NCBI GenBank assembly: GCA_963805625.1
Contig: CAWDVE010000011.1
Location: forward strand, 32,001-96,000
Source: an uncultured Candidatus Rokubacteria bacterium
Lineage (GTDB): Bacteria; Methylomirabilota; Methylomirabilia; Rokubacteriales; DASRDR01
Direction of reading: 5' to 3'
Length of the DNA: 64,000 nt
Shown here: positions 24,066 to 33,633 of the stretch, in pieces
How positions within the stretch are numbered: the first letter of the stretch is position 1
How the letters are laid out: each line of letters begins with the position of its first letter
The notes under the pieces: model-generated
Databases searched by the model: none
Seen by the model: the letters and a program-made list of their open reading frames with translations, nothing else
Told to the model about the DNA's origin: nothing
Translations under genes and position numbers: made by a program

Positions 24066-24584
24066 CTAAGTCCCAAGCTCCCGCAGCTGGCTCGACGCTG
24101 CTGCGATCCGCCGATGCAGCACGGCGAGCCCTCGTCGCCACCCTTCCACATCGGCCTCGGACCTCGCGATGTCCCCTTCGAGCTGGCGTGCTTCCACTTG
24201 GTCGAGGGCGATGCCTTGGCGGAGGCGGAGGGCCTGGTTCCGGATGTCATCGATCGCCATCGTCGCGGCGGTCACGGTGGCCTTCCGGCGTTCGATGACC
24301 AGGTCCTGGGCGGCGATCTCTTTGGCCAGGTCGGCCCGCTGGGTGTCGATGGCGGCCATCCGCTCCTGGCCAGAGCGAATGGCGGCCCGATCATCTGCCT
24401 GGCGCAGGGTGGCGTGCACGCGCCGGGTTTCGAGGGCCAGCTGTTGATCCCGGGCGTGGATCTCGGCCAGCTGTGCCTGTTCATGCCGAACGGCATGCTC
24501 GGCCTCGGCGAGCACCAGCCTCGCTTTGGCCAGCTGGGTGTCAACGATCGGCGGTGTCGTCGTCGTGGTGGCGTCGTCCTCCAT
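24066..24584 (-). CDS. Coiled-coil protein of the phage-like module
   Basis: Ala/Leu/Gln/Arg heptad-rich; RBS GGGGAGG. Confidence 0.65.
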   Translation of the reverse strand: MEDDATTTTTPPIVDTQLAKARLVLAEAEHAVRHEQAQLAEIHARDQQLALETRRVHATLRQADDRAAIRSGQERMAAIDTQRADLAKEIAAQDLVIERRKATVTAATMAIDDIRNQALRLRQGIALDQVEARQLEGDIARSEADVEGWRRGLAVLHRRIAAASSQLRELGT

Positions 24585-24597
24585 GATGACCCTCCCC

Positions 24598-25173
24598 CTA
24601 AGGGGTGTGCATTGCGCGCTGGACCCCGAGCACGATCGCCCGGCGCACGACGGCGAGCACATCCGGCGGCAGCAACCCGGCGGGCGTCAGCCCCAGGGCC
24701 TTCAGCCGCCGGGTGGCCTCGGCGTTGGCGGGGATGGGGACGAGGGAGATCTCCATCAATTCCCATCGCTGGTGGTCGTATCCGTCCCACTGGTTCAGCG
24801 TGCTCTCCAGCGGCATGAACCCGATCGAGGCGGCCCGAATGATCCCCTGGTCCCAGGCGTTCTTCACCCGGTCGGCAAAGGCGTCCCCCACCAGCCAGCG
24901 CCACCGCGCCCGCAGTCCACGAGCGGGCTCGAGGGTGAGCTGCGTCACCGTGCCAATGGGCAAGGCGTAGGCATCGTGGCCCCAGAGGAGAACGGGATTG
25001 CGCCGAAAGCGAGTTAGGTCGGCCCCGTCCAGCAACACGCGATCCCCTTCGGAGTCGCGTCCCGGGGTGCTGACGACCATTTCGGCCTCGGGGGCGTTGG
25101 CCCCACCGGGGACCGACGCGGTAACTGTGTCGAACACCATGTGTTGCAGCGGCGCTCGTGTGGTGTTCATCAC
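24598..25173 (-). CDS. HK97-family prohead protease
   Basis: DSEGDRV, NPVLLWGHD, LPIG, AASIGF, LMEISLVPIPAN. Confidence 0.9.
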   Translation of the reverse strand: MMNTTRAPLQHMVFDTVTASVPGGANAPEAEMVVSTPGRDSEGDRVLLDGADLTRFRRNPVLLWGHDAYALPIGTVTQLTLEPARGLRARWRWLVGDAFADRVKNAWDQGIIRAASIGFMPLESTLNQWDGYDHQRWELMEISLVPIPANAEATRRLKALGLTPAGLLPPDVLAVVRRAIVLGVQRAMHTP

Positions 25174-25283
25174 TTGGTGACCATCCTTTCGAGGAAGCTC
25201 GGTCGGGATGCGGCCGGCGGCTTGCGGGGTTTACGGGGTTTGCGGGGCTTCCGTTTCGGTTTGTCGGGAGACTTCGGCATCAT
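25170..25283 (-). CDS. Tiny basic peptide with RKP repeats
   Basis: RBS AAGGAG, MMPKSPDKPKRKPRKPRKPRKPP...; stop overlaps the protease start. Confidence 0.5.
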   Translation of the reverse strand: MMPKSPDKPKRKPRKPRKPRKPPAASRPSFLERMVTK

Positions 25284-25302
25284 GCAGCTCCTTTCTCTAT
25301 GG

Positions 25303-26805
25303 CTACTCGGTCCACCACCCGCGCCCCGTCCACAAGGCGTGGCGTTCGCGCCGCGCAAGCTCCGCTAACTCGGCGGCCGTGTTCGGCGCGGCGGGGTCCA
25401 GAATGGCCATGGGCAGGCCCGAGGTGCGCCGCCGCGCCGCCAGCACCAAGGCCCCGGCGGCGGCATTGGCTAGGTCATCGTGGGCCCCCGGGGGGTGATC
25501 GATTTGGTCGCGCCCGCCACGGCCGGTGCGGCGCTCCAAGCGGCAGAGCTGGGTCACCACGCGGGGGTGGTCCAGTAGCGCGACCTGCTGCGAGGTGATG
25601 AGGGGCAGCAGGTCCCGGTACAGATCGGAACGCACCGTGTCCGCCACCTCATAGGCGATGCCGTGCCGGCGGAATGCCTCGCGCGGCCACTCGCCGGCGT
25701 AGCGATCGCCGACGACGGTCGTGACCTGGTAGGTGGACAACAACCGGGCAAAGTCCTCGACCACCGCTTCGGGGCTGAACGGGGGCCGGCGCTCGGCCAC
25801 GGCGTCGAGCGTGACCCGTCGATCGTCGGAGTGAGTGATGGCGAGGGTCATCGCGTCGGCCGCCCCGCCCGAGGGGTCGACGAACGCGATGTACTGCACG
25901 TCCGGCAGCGGGGCACGTTCGCGGCAGTCGACGTCGACGCAGGCGTCGATCGCCTCGCGCGTGAGGAATCCTTCGATGTCTCGGCGGAACTCCGCCCCGT
26001 ACTCGGCGGCCGCCGCACTCTCATCGGCGGCATAGGCGGCCCGCACCACGCCTGCATCCAACTGGGGGTTCATGACGCGGGACGGCGCTTGCCAGACCAG
26101 GACCGGATCACCCTCCTGGCCGTAGTGCTGCCGATAGGCCTCCCACAGCGCTCCGCGGCGTGCGTAGGGCGAGCTGATGCACAAGAGCAACGCGCCTGGC
26201 ACCGTAGCCATGGCGGGGCGCAATGCGGCGAGAATCTCGGTATCAGGGTTGGCGCTCTCGTCGGAACGCCAGAAGGCGATCTCGTCGCAGATCGCCGCGG
26301 CCACCGTGTACCCGCGCACGGCCCGGAAGCTTGCGGTGTGCACCTCGATCGTCACGCGACTAGTCAGGTGAATGGCTTCGGCCGTGCGGCGCTGAATGAG
26401 CGGCCGGAGGAGCGGGATGCTCTCGAAGAAACCTGCGATGTAGCGGAGTACCACCCGGGCCTGGCGTCGGTCGGCCGCAATCACCATGACCGTGGCTCGC
26501 TCGCCCGGAGCCAGCGACGAACGATAATCGCGGAAGCATGCGAGGTACACCGCCACGAGGGCGGCGATGCGGCTCTTCCCACCGCGTCGGCCAACGACGA
26601 ACCAGGCTTCACGTGCCGGTGTGGTCGGCCAACTGAGACGGCCAGTATGTGCGGTGTAGACGGCGACATCGTCGGCCGTCATGGGCAGACCGAATAGCGC
26701 CCGGAGCACTGTCCGCCACGCCCTCCAGGTCTCGTGAGAAGTGAACTGGCTGGCGAAGAGGTTGGGATCATCCAGGACGTCAAGGATGGTCAGCGTGGCG
26801 TTCAT
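25303..26805 (-). CDS. Phage terminase large subunit
   Basis: Walker A GRRGGKS, Walker B AICDEIAFW, coupling motif ISSP, nuclease FVDPSGG and HDDLANA. Confidence 0.9.
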   Translation of the reverse strand: MNATLTILDVLDDPNLFASQFTSHETWRAWRTVLRALFGLPMTADDVAVYTAHTGRLSWPTTPAREAWFVVGRRGGKSRIAALVAVYLACFRDYRSSLAPGERATVMVIAADRRQARVVLRYIAGFFESIPLLRPLIQRRTAEAIHLTSRVTIEVHTASFRAVRGYTVAAAICDEIAFWRSDESANPDTEILAALRPAMATVPGALLLCISSPYARRGALWEAYRQHYGQEGDPVLVWQAPSRVMNPQLDAGVVRAAYAADESAAAAEYGAEFRRDIEGFLTREAIDACVDVDCRERAPLPDVQYIAFVDPSGGAADAMTLAITHSDDRRVTLDAVAERRPPFSPEAVVEDFARLLSTYQVTTVVGDRYAGEWPREAFRRHGIAYEVADTVRSDLYRDLLPLITSQQVALLDHPRVVTQLCRLERRTGRGGRDQIDHPPGAHDDLANAAAGALVLAARRRTSGLPMAILDPAAPNTAAELAELARRERHALWTGRGWWTE

Positions 26806-27173
26806 AGCGTGGCCATGCCGGCACGCTGGGCGGGAAGGCGGGAAACGTATGGGCGCGGCGGGCCGACCGTGGTGCCGCACCCCCGGGCGGTTGGGGTGGA
26901 TGGGGTGGTTGCCGGGGGCACACGGGCCGGTCCACGCGCACCGCACGGCACCCCGGGGTGGCGTGGTGGGGCGCCCCCTGCGGGCCCCTGGGGGCTCTCC
27001 CCCGTCTCCACGTACCCGGCCGGGCACCCACCCCATGCGGCAAGAACGTAGACAAGGCGAGAGGGCGCCTTGGCGCCCACGTAGCGCCGCCGTGGCCCGG
27101 CCGGCACGGCGGGCGTGCCGGTTAACCCGTTAACGGCCCTAACCGGCGGCAGCGCCTCATGCCGTGTGTTCAC
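26802..27173 (-). CDS. Hypothetical protein, overlapping both neighbours by 4 nt
   Basis: GTGA overlap at 27170-27173 and ATGA overlap at 26802-26805. Confidence 0.45.
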   Translation of the reverse strand: MNTRHEALPPVRAVNGLTGTPAVPAGPRRRYVGAKAPSRLVYVLAAWGGCPAGYVETGESPQGPAGGAPPRHPGVPCGARGPARVPPATTPSTPTARGCGTTVGPPRPYVSRLPAQRAGMATL

Positions 27174-27754
27174 GGGGTGGCTCTCTCTGATTCCGAATCG
27201 CGTGAGGTCGTCGTGGGCGCGAGAGACCCATCCGGAGGTTGTGCTGTTCGAGTAATGTCGGACGCGGTTCGACGCGAGAGATATTCGCGCAGGTCGAGAG
27301 GCTCCGGCGTGCGACGTTCTAGGCCCAACTGCCCGAGCAGCCGAGCGAGACTCTCGGCCAGCCGCTGCCGTTGCTCCACGAGGGGCAAGAGTCGACCTCG
27401 AAGCCGAGCACGCTTCATGATCAGCGACGGCTGCGACATCAGGAATGCGTCGACGTGATCGAGGTAGAGCCGCGTGCGCACCGCCATCTCCACCAGAGCG
27501 AGTCGGGCTGCCGAGATGGAGGGCTCGCCGCCAAGGTCGTCGAGCAACTCGCGACGGAAGTCGAGTAGGGTGCGTGCCGCCGTGGTGCGGCGGTCGATGG
27601 CGGCCAATCCCCGCACGGCCACGCGGCTTTTCAGGGCCCGTAGCCCCGTACGGGTACGGGCGGGTCCCCCCGGGGTACCGCCCGTAGTGCGGCCTTTGTG
27701 CTTTGGCAGCTCGGGTTTAGGCCCTACGGCGGGGTTGTGGGGCAAGGTCGGCAT
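27170..27754 (-). CDS. Putative terminase small subunit-like protein
   Basis: Position upstream of TerL; Gly/Pro-rich basic N-terminus, helical core, LLGQLGLERR. Confidence 0.55.
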   Translation of the reverse strand: MPTLPHNPAVGPKPELPKHKGRTTGGTPGGPARTRTGLRALKSRVAVRGLAAIDRRTTAARTLLDFRRELLDDLGGEPSISAARLALVEMAVRTRLYLDHVDAFLMSQPSLIMKRARLRGRLLPLVEQRQRLAESLARLLGQLGLERRTPEPLDLREYLSRRTASDITRTAQPPDGSLAPTTTSRDSESERATP

Positions 27755-27807
27755 GCTAGGCCGCCTTTACCCGCCCACGTAGGGGTACGGTCAAGCTAAA
27801 GCGGGCG

Positions 27808-27882
27808 TGGCTCCAACGGGATTCGAACCCGTGTTTCAGCCTTGAGAGGGCCGTGTCCTAGGCCGGGCTAGACGATGGAGCC
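27808..27882 (-). tRNA. tRNA-Glu (anticodon CTC), CCA not encoded
   Basis: GGCTCCA/TGGAGCC acceptor stem, CGGCC-CTCTCAA-GGCTG anticodon arm, GGTTCGAATCC T-loop. Confidence 0.95.
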
Positions 27883-27912
27883 GGCACCACCACCCATAAC
27901 AAACAATGAAAA

Positions 27913-27986
27913 TGGCTGGGAGAGGAGGAGTCGAACCTCCGCTACGTGGTCCAGAGCCACGCGTCCTACCACTAGACGATCTCCCA
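27913..27986 (-). tRNA. tRNA-Gln (anticodon CTG)
   Basis: TGGGAGA/TCTCCCA acceptor stem + GCCA, CGTGG-CTCTGGA-CCACG anticodon arm, GGTTCGACTCC. Confidence 0.95.
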
Positions 27987-27996
27987 GCGCGCGGCC

Positions 27997-28025
27997 ATTG
28001 TAGCGGCCGGGCCCGGGGGCGTCAA
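27997..28025 (-). promoter_or_regulatory. Sigma70-type promoter of the tRNA operon
   Basis: TTGACG-17 nt-TACAAT, 10 nt upstream of tRNA-Gln. Confidence 0.8.
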
Positions 28026-28032
28026 GGAAGCG

Positions 28033-29396
28033 CATCGACTCAAAACTTCGGTTACCGAGAGAGGCCCCCCTGCTCAAAAGTCAGGGTTACCGAATCCACC
28101 CAGGAGGTGACGGTGACCCGAGCGAGCCTGCGGGAGTACGCGGCCAAGCAACGCGAGCGGGACCAAGGCGCCACCCGAGCCGAGAAGCACCGGCTGCTGG
28201 ACGAGGTGGTGGCCGTGACCGGCATCCACCGCAAAGCGGCCATCCGGCTGCTCCGCCGCGCGCCGCGGCCCCGGGCTCGGCCCGGGCCCGGCGGCCGCCC
28301 ACGCCGGTACGGGCCGGAGGTGGCCGCCGCCGCCGAGGTCCTCTGGCAGGCCAGTGGGCGGATCGGCGCCCACCGCCTCCAGCCCTTCGTGCCGGAACTC
28401 TTGGACCGCCTCCTCCGGTGCGGCGAACTCACCCTCGCCCCGGCGGTCGACAAGCTCGTGCGGCAGGCGAGCCGGCCGACCCTCGCCCGCCTGCTGGGCC
28501 CGGCCCGCGCGCAGTACCCGCTGCGCGGGGCCACGATCACGCGGCCCGGGACCGTGCTCCGGCACGAGATCCCGATCCGCACCTTCACCGAGTGGACCGA
28601 TGCCCGGCCCGGCTTCCTCGAAGTCGACCTCGTCGCCCACCGTGGCTCCAGCACCGAGGGCTTCTACCTGTGTACCCTTTGCGCGGTGGACATCGCGACC
28701 GCGTGGGTCGAGCTGGAGCCCGTCTGGGGCAAGGGCCAGATCCGCGTCGGGGGGGCCGTCGATCACGTCCGGACACGCCTGCCCATACCGATGCTCGGCC
28801 TGGACAGCGACAACGGCTCCGAGTTCATCAACCGCTCCCTGCGGGATTACTGCCGCCGCCACGGCGTGACCTTCACCCGCAGTCGCCCGTGGAAGAAGAA
28901 CGACAGTGCCCATGTCGAGCAGAAGAACGGCGCCGTCGTCCGGCAGCTCATCGGCTATGATCGCTTCGCCTCCCGGGCGGCCTATGCACAACTTACCCGC
29001 GTCTATCGCCTCGCCCGTCTGCACGTCAACTTCTTCCAACCCGTGGAGAAACTCGTGAGCAAGACCCGCCAGGGCGCTCGGAGCCGCCGGATCTACGATC
29101 GCGCCCAGACGCCCTACCAGCGCCTCTGCGCCGCTGGCGTCCTGGCGGCTGACGTCCGCCGTGAGCTCGACGCCCTCTACCAATCGCTCAACCCGCTCCA
29201 GCTCCGTCGGCAGCTCGAGCGCGAACTGGAGCGGCTCTGGACCCTCGCCGCACCCGACCCCCGCCGCGCCCCAGGCAATATCCAGCTAGCCACCCCCCCT
29301 GACGTCGCCTCCTGGAGGCTCCTAGACAATGGCTCTGGTAACCCTGAGTTTTGAGCTGACGAGAACCGGAGGGTAACCCTCAGTTATGAGCGGCGA
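28033..29396 (+). mobile_element. ISNCY-like insertion sequence; ends approximate
   Basis: Two copies of CTCAAAA..GGTTACC at left (28039, 28073) and two inverted copies GGTAACCCT..GTT.TGAG at right (29337, 29372). Confidence 0.8.
28113..29354 (+). CDS. DDE integrase-core (rve) transposase
   Basis: EVDLVAH, LDSDNGSEF, NDSAHVEQKN; RBS AGGAGG. Confidence 0.92.
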   Translation: MTRASLREYAAKQRERDQGATRAEKHRLLDEVVAVTGIHRKAAIRLLRRAPRPRARPGPGGRPRRYGPEVAAAAEVLWQASGRIGAHRLQPFVPELLDRLLRCGELTLAPAVDKLVRQASRPTLARLLGPARAQYPLRGATITRPGTVLRHEIPIRTFTEWTDARPGFLEVDLVAHRGSSTEGFYLCTLCAVDIATAWVELEPVWGKGQIRVGGAVDHVRTRLPIPMLGLDSDNGSEFINRSLRDYCRRHGVTFTRSRPWKKNDSAHVEQKNGAVVRQLIGYDRFASRAAYAQLTRVYRLARLHVNFFQPVEKLVSKTRQGARSRRIYDRAQTPYQRLCAAGVLAADVRRELDALYQSLNPLQLRRQLERELERLWTLAAPDPRRAPGNIQLATPPDVASWRLLDNGSGNPEF

Positions 29397-29652
29397 CGGG
29401 AAGGTGCCGCCAAGACGCGCCAATCGACGCCAGCACGCGAGGCTGAGGTCCCCGGAACCCGCCAGCCAAGGGCGCGCCAGCCCGACGTGGGCCGAGTCCG
29501 AGACGAACCCGCGTCACGACGCCCCTGACGCAGGCCATCCCCGTCCGGCTCGCCGCCAAGGCCCTCGGCACGGCGATCCCCGTCCAGCCCTCCCCGGCAA
29601 ACCCAGCGCGCCAGCGCCTCCCGCACCTCCCCCCTGGGGTAACATCCCCGCC

Positions 29653-30834
29653 ATGGCCGACAGCGCGGACGGCCGTCCCCACCCCCTCGACCGCGTCTGG
29701 CAGCTCGCCCCACTGATCGAGGCCTCCGCGGCCGAGGGCGAGCGAGCGCGCCGGCTGCCGGAACCCCTGGTCACGGCACTCGTCGACGCGGGGCTCTACC
29801 GCCTCCTCCTCCCCCGCTCGCTCGACGGGGCGGAGCTCGATCCCGCAACCTTCGTGCGCGTCCTGGAGCAGGTGAGCCGGGCGGACGCCAGCACCGCCTG
29901 GTGCCTCTGCCAGGCCGCGGGCTGCACCATGATCTCCGGGTACGTGGCGCCCGCCGTGGCGCAGGAGATCTTCGGCGACTGGCGGGCGATCCTGGCCTGG
30001 GGGCCGAGCCCCGATGGGCGCGCGGTCCCGGTCGACGGCGGCTACCGCGTGTCGGGTACCTTCACCTTCGCCAGCGGCTGCCGCCAGGCGACGTGGCTCG
30101 GCGGCCAGTGCACGATCTACGGGTCCGATGGCACAATGCGAAGACGGCCGGACGGATCCGCCGAGACGCGCTGGATGCTGTTTCCGGCTGCGCGCGCGAC
30201 CCTCTTCGACACCTGGAACGTGATCGGCCTCCGGGCGACGGGCAGCGACTCGTTCACAGCCTCGGACCTCTTCGTGCCGCGCGAGCACTCGGCGGCGCGG
30301 GACGACCCCGCGGAGCGCCGCGACGGCGGGCCTCTCTACTGCTTCCCGACGACGAGCCTTTACGCGTCGGGCTTCGCCGGGGTCGCCCTCGGCAACGCCC
30401 GGAGCGCGCTCGACGCCTTCGTCGCCCTCGCGCAGACGAAGACGCCGCGCGGGCTCCGCCAGCCGCTCCGCGAGAGCGCGGTGGTCCAGTCGAAGCTCGC
30501 CAGGACCGAAGCGCGGGTCGGTGCCGCCCGGGCGCTCCTCCTCGGCTCGCTGGAGGAGGTCTGGCGCGGCGTCGTGGAAACGGGCACGCTCGGGCTCGAC
30601 CAGCGCGTCCGGATCCGGATGGCGGCGACCCACGCGATCACCGAGGCGACGGCGGCCGTCGACTTCGCCTACCAGACGGCCGGCGCGACCGCGATCTTCG
30701 ACGAGAACCCCTTCGAGCGGCGCTTCCGGGACGCGCACACGGTGGCCCAGCAGGTGCAGGGCCGCCAGACGCACTTCGAGACCGTGGGCCGCTTCCTCCT
30801 GGGGCTCGAGCCCGACACGACGACTTTCCTGTAA
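29653..30834 (+). CDS. Acyl-CoA dehydrogenase-fold flavin-dependent monooxygenase (HsaA-like)
   Basis: FASGCRQATW, TWNVIGLRATGS, ERRFRDAH. Confidence 0.88.
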   Translation: MADSADGRPHPLDRVWQLAPLIEASAAEGERARRLPEPLVTALVDAGLYRLLLPRSLDGAELDPATFVRVLEQVSRADASTAWCLCQAAGCTMISGYVAPAVAQEIFGDWRAILAWGPSPDGRAVPVDGGYRVSGTFTFASGCRQATWLGGQCTIYGSDGTMRRRPDGSAETRWMLFPAARATLFDTWNVIGLRATGSDSFTASDLFVPREHSAARDDPAERRDGGPLYCFPTTSLYASGFAGVALGNARSALDAFVALAQTKTPRGLRQPLRESAVVQSKLARTEARVGAARALLLGSLEEVWRGVVETGTLGLDQRVRIRMAATHAITEATAAVDFAYQTAGATAIFDENPFERRFRDAHTVAQQVQGRQTHFETVGRFLLGLEPDTTTFL

Positions 30835-30843
30835 GTCGCGCCC

Positions 30844-30902
30844 AGAACGTGCGACAGGCCTCCAGGTCGCATCAAGCAGCCAAGAACGTGCGACTGGTCT
30901 CC
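30844..30902. repeat. Intergenic 20-bp direct repeat
   Basis: AGAACGTGCGACAGGCCTCC / AGAACGTGCGACTGGTCTCC (18/20). Confidence 0.7.
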
Positions 30903-31001
30903 GAACCGCCCCGCGGCTATACTGGCGCCGCCTTGGCGCGCGCCACCGTCGCCCGCAGCGCGAGCTCCCCGGAACCCCCCGCCCAGAGGAGCTGGCTCCG
31001 C

Positions 31002-31492
31002 ATGCACGGCTTCGACTTCATCACCTATGGCCTCGCGGCCGCGGTCACGGTCGCCGCGTACCTCCGGGACCCGAGCTTGCCGGGCGTCGGCCTCCGCGCC
31101 GGCGGCCAGCTCCTCCTGGACGTCCTGCTGCGCCTGGTCGCCGCGCTCATCCTAACGGGGATGATCCAGCTAACGGGGATGATCCAGGCCATGATCTCGC
31201 CCGAGTGGATCCAGCACTGGCTCGGCCGGGGCTCGACCCACCGCGCCATCTTCCCCTCACACCGGGCGGGCTGCTGGTGAGCGTCCCGATCATGGCGGTC
31301 TTCTACAAGGGCGGCGCGTCCCTGTCGGCCCTCGTCGTCTACATGACGAGCTGGTCGCTCTTCGGGTTCCAGCGGGTGCTCGCGTGGGAGCTGCCGTTCA
31401 TGGGGACGCGCTTCCTCCTCGCGCGCGTGCTGCCGACGCTCGTGTTCCCGATCGTCGCGGGCTACCTCGTCCGCTTCATCTCTAACGACTAG
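31002..31492 (+). pseudogene. DUF318-like permease, frameshifted near 31255, with an 18-nt tandem duplication (31152-31187)
   Basis: ISPEWIQHWLG then frame change to TPGG...YMTSWSL...WELPFMG. Confidence 0.75.
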
Positions 31493-31496
31493 CGCA

Positions 31497-32957
31497 ATGA
31501 GCTTTCTGGATCTGCGGGAGTTCATGCAGCTCCTGGAGGACCGGGGGCAGCTCCGCCGCGTCGGCGCGCCCGTCAAGCGCGAGCTCGAGATCACGGAGAT
31601 CGCCGACCGGCTCGTCAAGGGTCCGAAGGACCAGAACCACGCCCTCCTCTTCGAGCACGTCGAGGGCACCGCCATGCCGGTCCTGATCAATGCGTTCGGC
31701 ACCGAGGAGCGGATGGCGTGGGCCCTCGGGGTTAAGCGCCTCGACGAGCTCGGCGAGAAGATCAAGGGGCTCCTCGACCTCAAGATGCCGGGCTCGCTCC
31801 TCGACAAGATGCGGAAGGGGCTCGAGCTCCTCGACGTTGCCCGCGCAGGGCCGAAGTCGGTCAAGAGCGGCCCCTGCCAGGAGATCGTCGAGACCGACCG
31901 CCCCTCGGTCGCCGCGCTCCCGATCCTCTGGTGCTGGCCGAAGGACGCGGGCTACTACATCACCCTCCCACTCGTCATCACGCGGGACCCCGTCACTGGC
32001 CTCCGGAACGTCGGCACCTACCGCATCCAGGTCTACGACGAGCGGACGCTCGGCCTCCACTGGCAGACCCACAAGGGCGGGGCCGAGCACGAGCGCGAGG
32101 CGCGCCGCACGGGAAGGGAGCGCATCCCGGTAGCGATCGCGCTCGGCGCCGACCCGGCGACGATGTACGCGGGCACGGCGCCGCTTCCGCCCGGGCTCGA
32201 CGAGATCCTGCTGGCCGGCTGGCTCCGCGGCAAGGGCGTCGAGATGGTCAAGTGCCGGACGATCGACCTCGAGGTGCCGGCCCAGGCGGAGATCGTGCTG
32301 GAGGGCTACTGCGACCCGGCGGAGTCGCGCGTCGAGGGCCCGTTCGGCGACCACACGGGCTACTACTCCCTCGCGAACCCCTACCCCGTGTTCCACCTGA
32401 CGGCGGTGACGCGCCGGCGCGACGCGATCTACCCGACGATCGTCGTGGGGCGGCCGCCGATGGAGGACTACTGGCTCGGGAAGGCGACGGAGCGGCTCTT
32501 CCTGCCGCTCATCCGCACGATGCTGCCGGAGATCGTCGACATGAACATGCCGGCCGAAGGCGTCTTCCACAACCTTGTGATCGTCTCGGTGAAGAAGCGC
32601 TACCCGGGACAGGTCCGGAAGGTGATGTACGGGCTCTGGGGGCTCGGGCTCCTCATGCTGGCGAAGAACGTCGTGGTCGTCGACGAGTGGGTCAACGTCC
32701 ACGATCTCTCCGAGGTCGCCTGGCGGGTGACGAACAGCATCGACCCGGCGCGGGACCTCGTGGTCGTGGAGGGCCCGTCGGACGACCTCGACCACGCCGC
32801 CCTCCGCCACCGCTACGGCGGGAAGCTCGGGATCGACGCCACGGAGAAGCGGGCGCCGCTCGACCGGGTCGAGCAGCCGTGGCCGGAGGAGATCCGCATG
32901 TCGGACGAGGTCCGACAGCGCGTCGCGATGCGGTGGCGCGAGTACGGCCTCGGGTGA
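31497..32957 (+). CDS. ubiD: Menaquinone biosynthesis decarboxylase (UbiD/MqnL family)
   Basis: NVGTYRIQ, EGPFGDHTGYY, GRPPMED, KLGIDAT. Confidence 0.93.
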   Translation: MSFLDLREFMQLLEDRGQLRRVGAPVKRELEITEIADRLVKGPKDQNHALLFEHVEGTAMPVLINAFGTEERMAWALGVKRLDELGEKIKGLLDLKMPGSLLDKMRKGLELLDVARAGPKSVKSGPCQEIVETDRPSVAALPILWCWPKDAGYYITLPLVITRDPVTGLRNVGTYRIQVYDERTLGLHWQTHKGGAEHEREARRTGRERIPVAIALGADPATMYAGTAPLPPGLDEILLAGWLRGKGVEMVKCRTIDLEVPAQAEIVLEGYCDPAESRVEGPFGDHTGYYSLANPYPVFHLTAVTRRRDAIYPTIVVGRPPMEDYWLGKATERLFLPLIRTMLPEIVDMNMPAEGVFHNLVIVSVKKRYPGQVRKVMYGLWGLGLLMLAKNVVVVDEWVNVHDLSEVAWRVTNSIDPARDLVVVEGPSDDLDHAALRHRYGGKLGIDATEKRAPLDRVEQPWPEEIRMSDEVRQRVAMRWREYGLG

Positions 32958-33015
32958 GCGAGCGGCCCGCCCTGGCGACAGAGCCGCCAGCTTCCCCGGA
33001 AAAAGGAGCATCGCC

Positions 33016-33633
33016 ATGTCCTTTCTAGCGACGGTCCCCGTCAACGAGTCGGCGGGCGAGGTGCGCGCGATGTACGAGCGCAGCCAGGCCCAGCCCGGAT
33101 ACGTGCCGAACTACGCGAAGGCGTTCAGCCACCGCCCCGACGTCTGGGCCGCGTGGGGGGCCCTCCTGGCGACCATCCGCGGCCACCTCGACCCGCGCCG
33201 GTACGAGCTCGTGACGGTCGCGGCGGCCCGCGCGCTGGGGTGCTCGTACTGCGCGCTTGCTCACGCCCGGATCCTGCGCGAGCGCTTCTACGCGGCGCCC
33301 GAGCTGGCTGCGATCGTGGACGGCCGCGCCCGCACGCTCTCGCCGGCGGATGCGGCGCTGATGGCGTTCGCCGAACGGGTCGCGCGCGACGCCAACGAGG
33401 TCACCGCCGCCGACATCCAGGCGCTCCGCGACCACGGCCTGTCCGACGCGGAGATCTTCGACGTCGCCGCTGCGGTCGCGGCCCGCTGCTTCTTCAGCAC
33501 GATGCTGGACGCGGTCGGCGCGGAGCCGGATGCCGCGCTCGCGGAGCTCGGGGACGATCTGGTGCGCCGCCTCGAGGTCGGGCGCGCGATCTCGACGGCG
33601 GCCGTGGAGCGGGTGCCGCCCGCCGATGTCTAG
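33016..33633 (+). CDS. Carboxymuconolactone decarboxylase / AhpD-like protein
   Basis: YELVTVAAA...CSYCALAH. Confidence 0.85.
   Translation: MSFLATVPVNESAGEVRAMYERSQAQPGYVPNYAKAFSHRPDVWAAWGALLATIRGHLDPRRYELVTVAAARALGCSYCALAHARILRERFYAAPELAAIVDGRARTLSPADAALMAFAERVARDANEVTAADIQALRDHGLSDAEIFDVAAAVAARCFFSTMLDAVGAEPDAALAELGDDLVRRLEVGRAISTAAVERVPPADV

Noticed and set aside
23600-27882. Complete prophage with attL/attR at tRNA-Glu
   Set aside because: No integrase, portal, capsid or tail genes, and no second copy of the tRNA 3' end found in the window.
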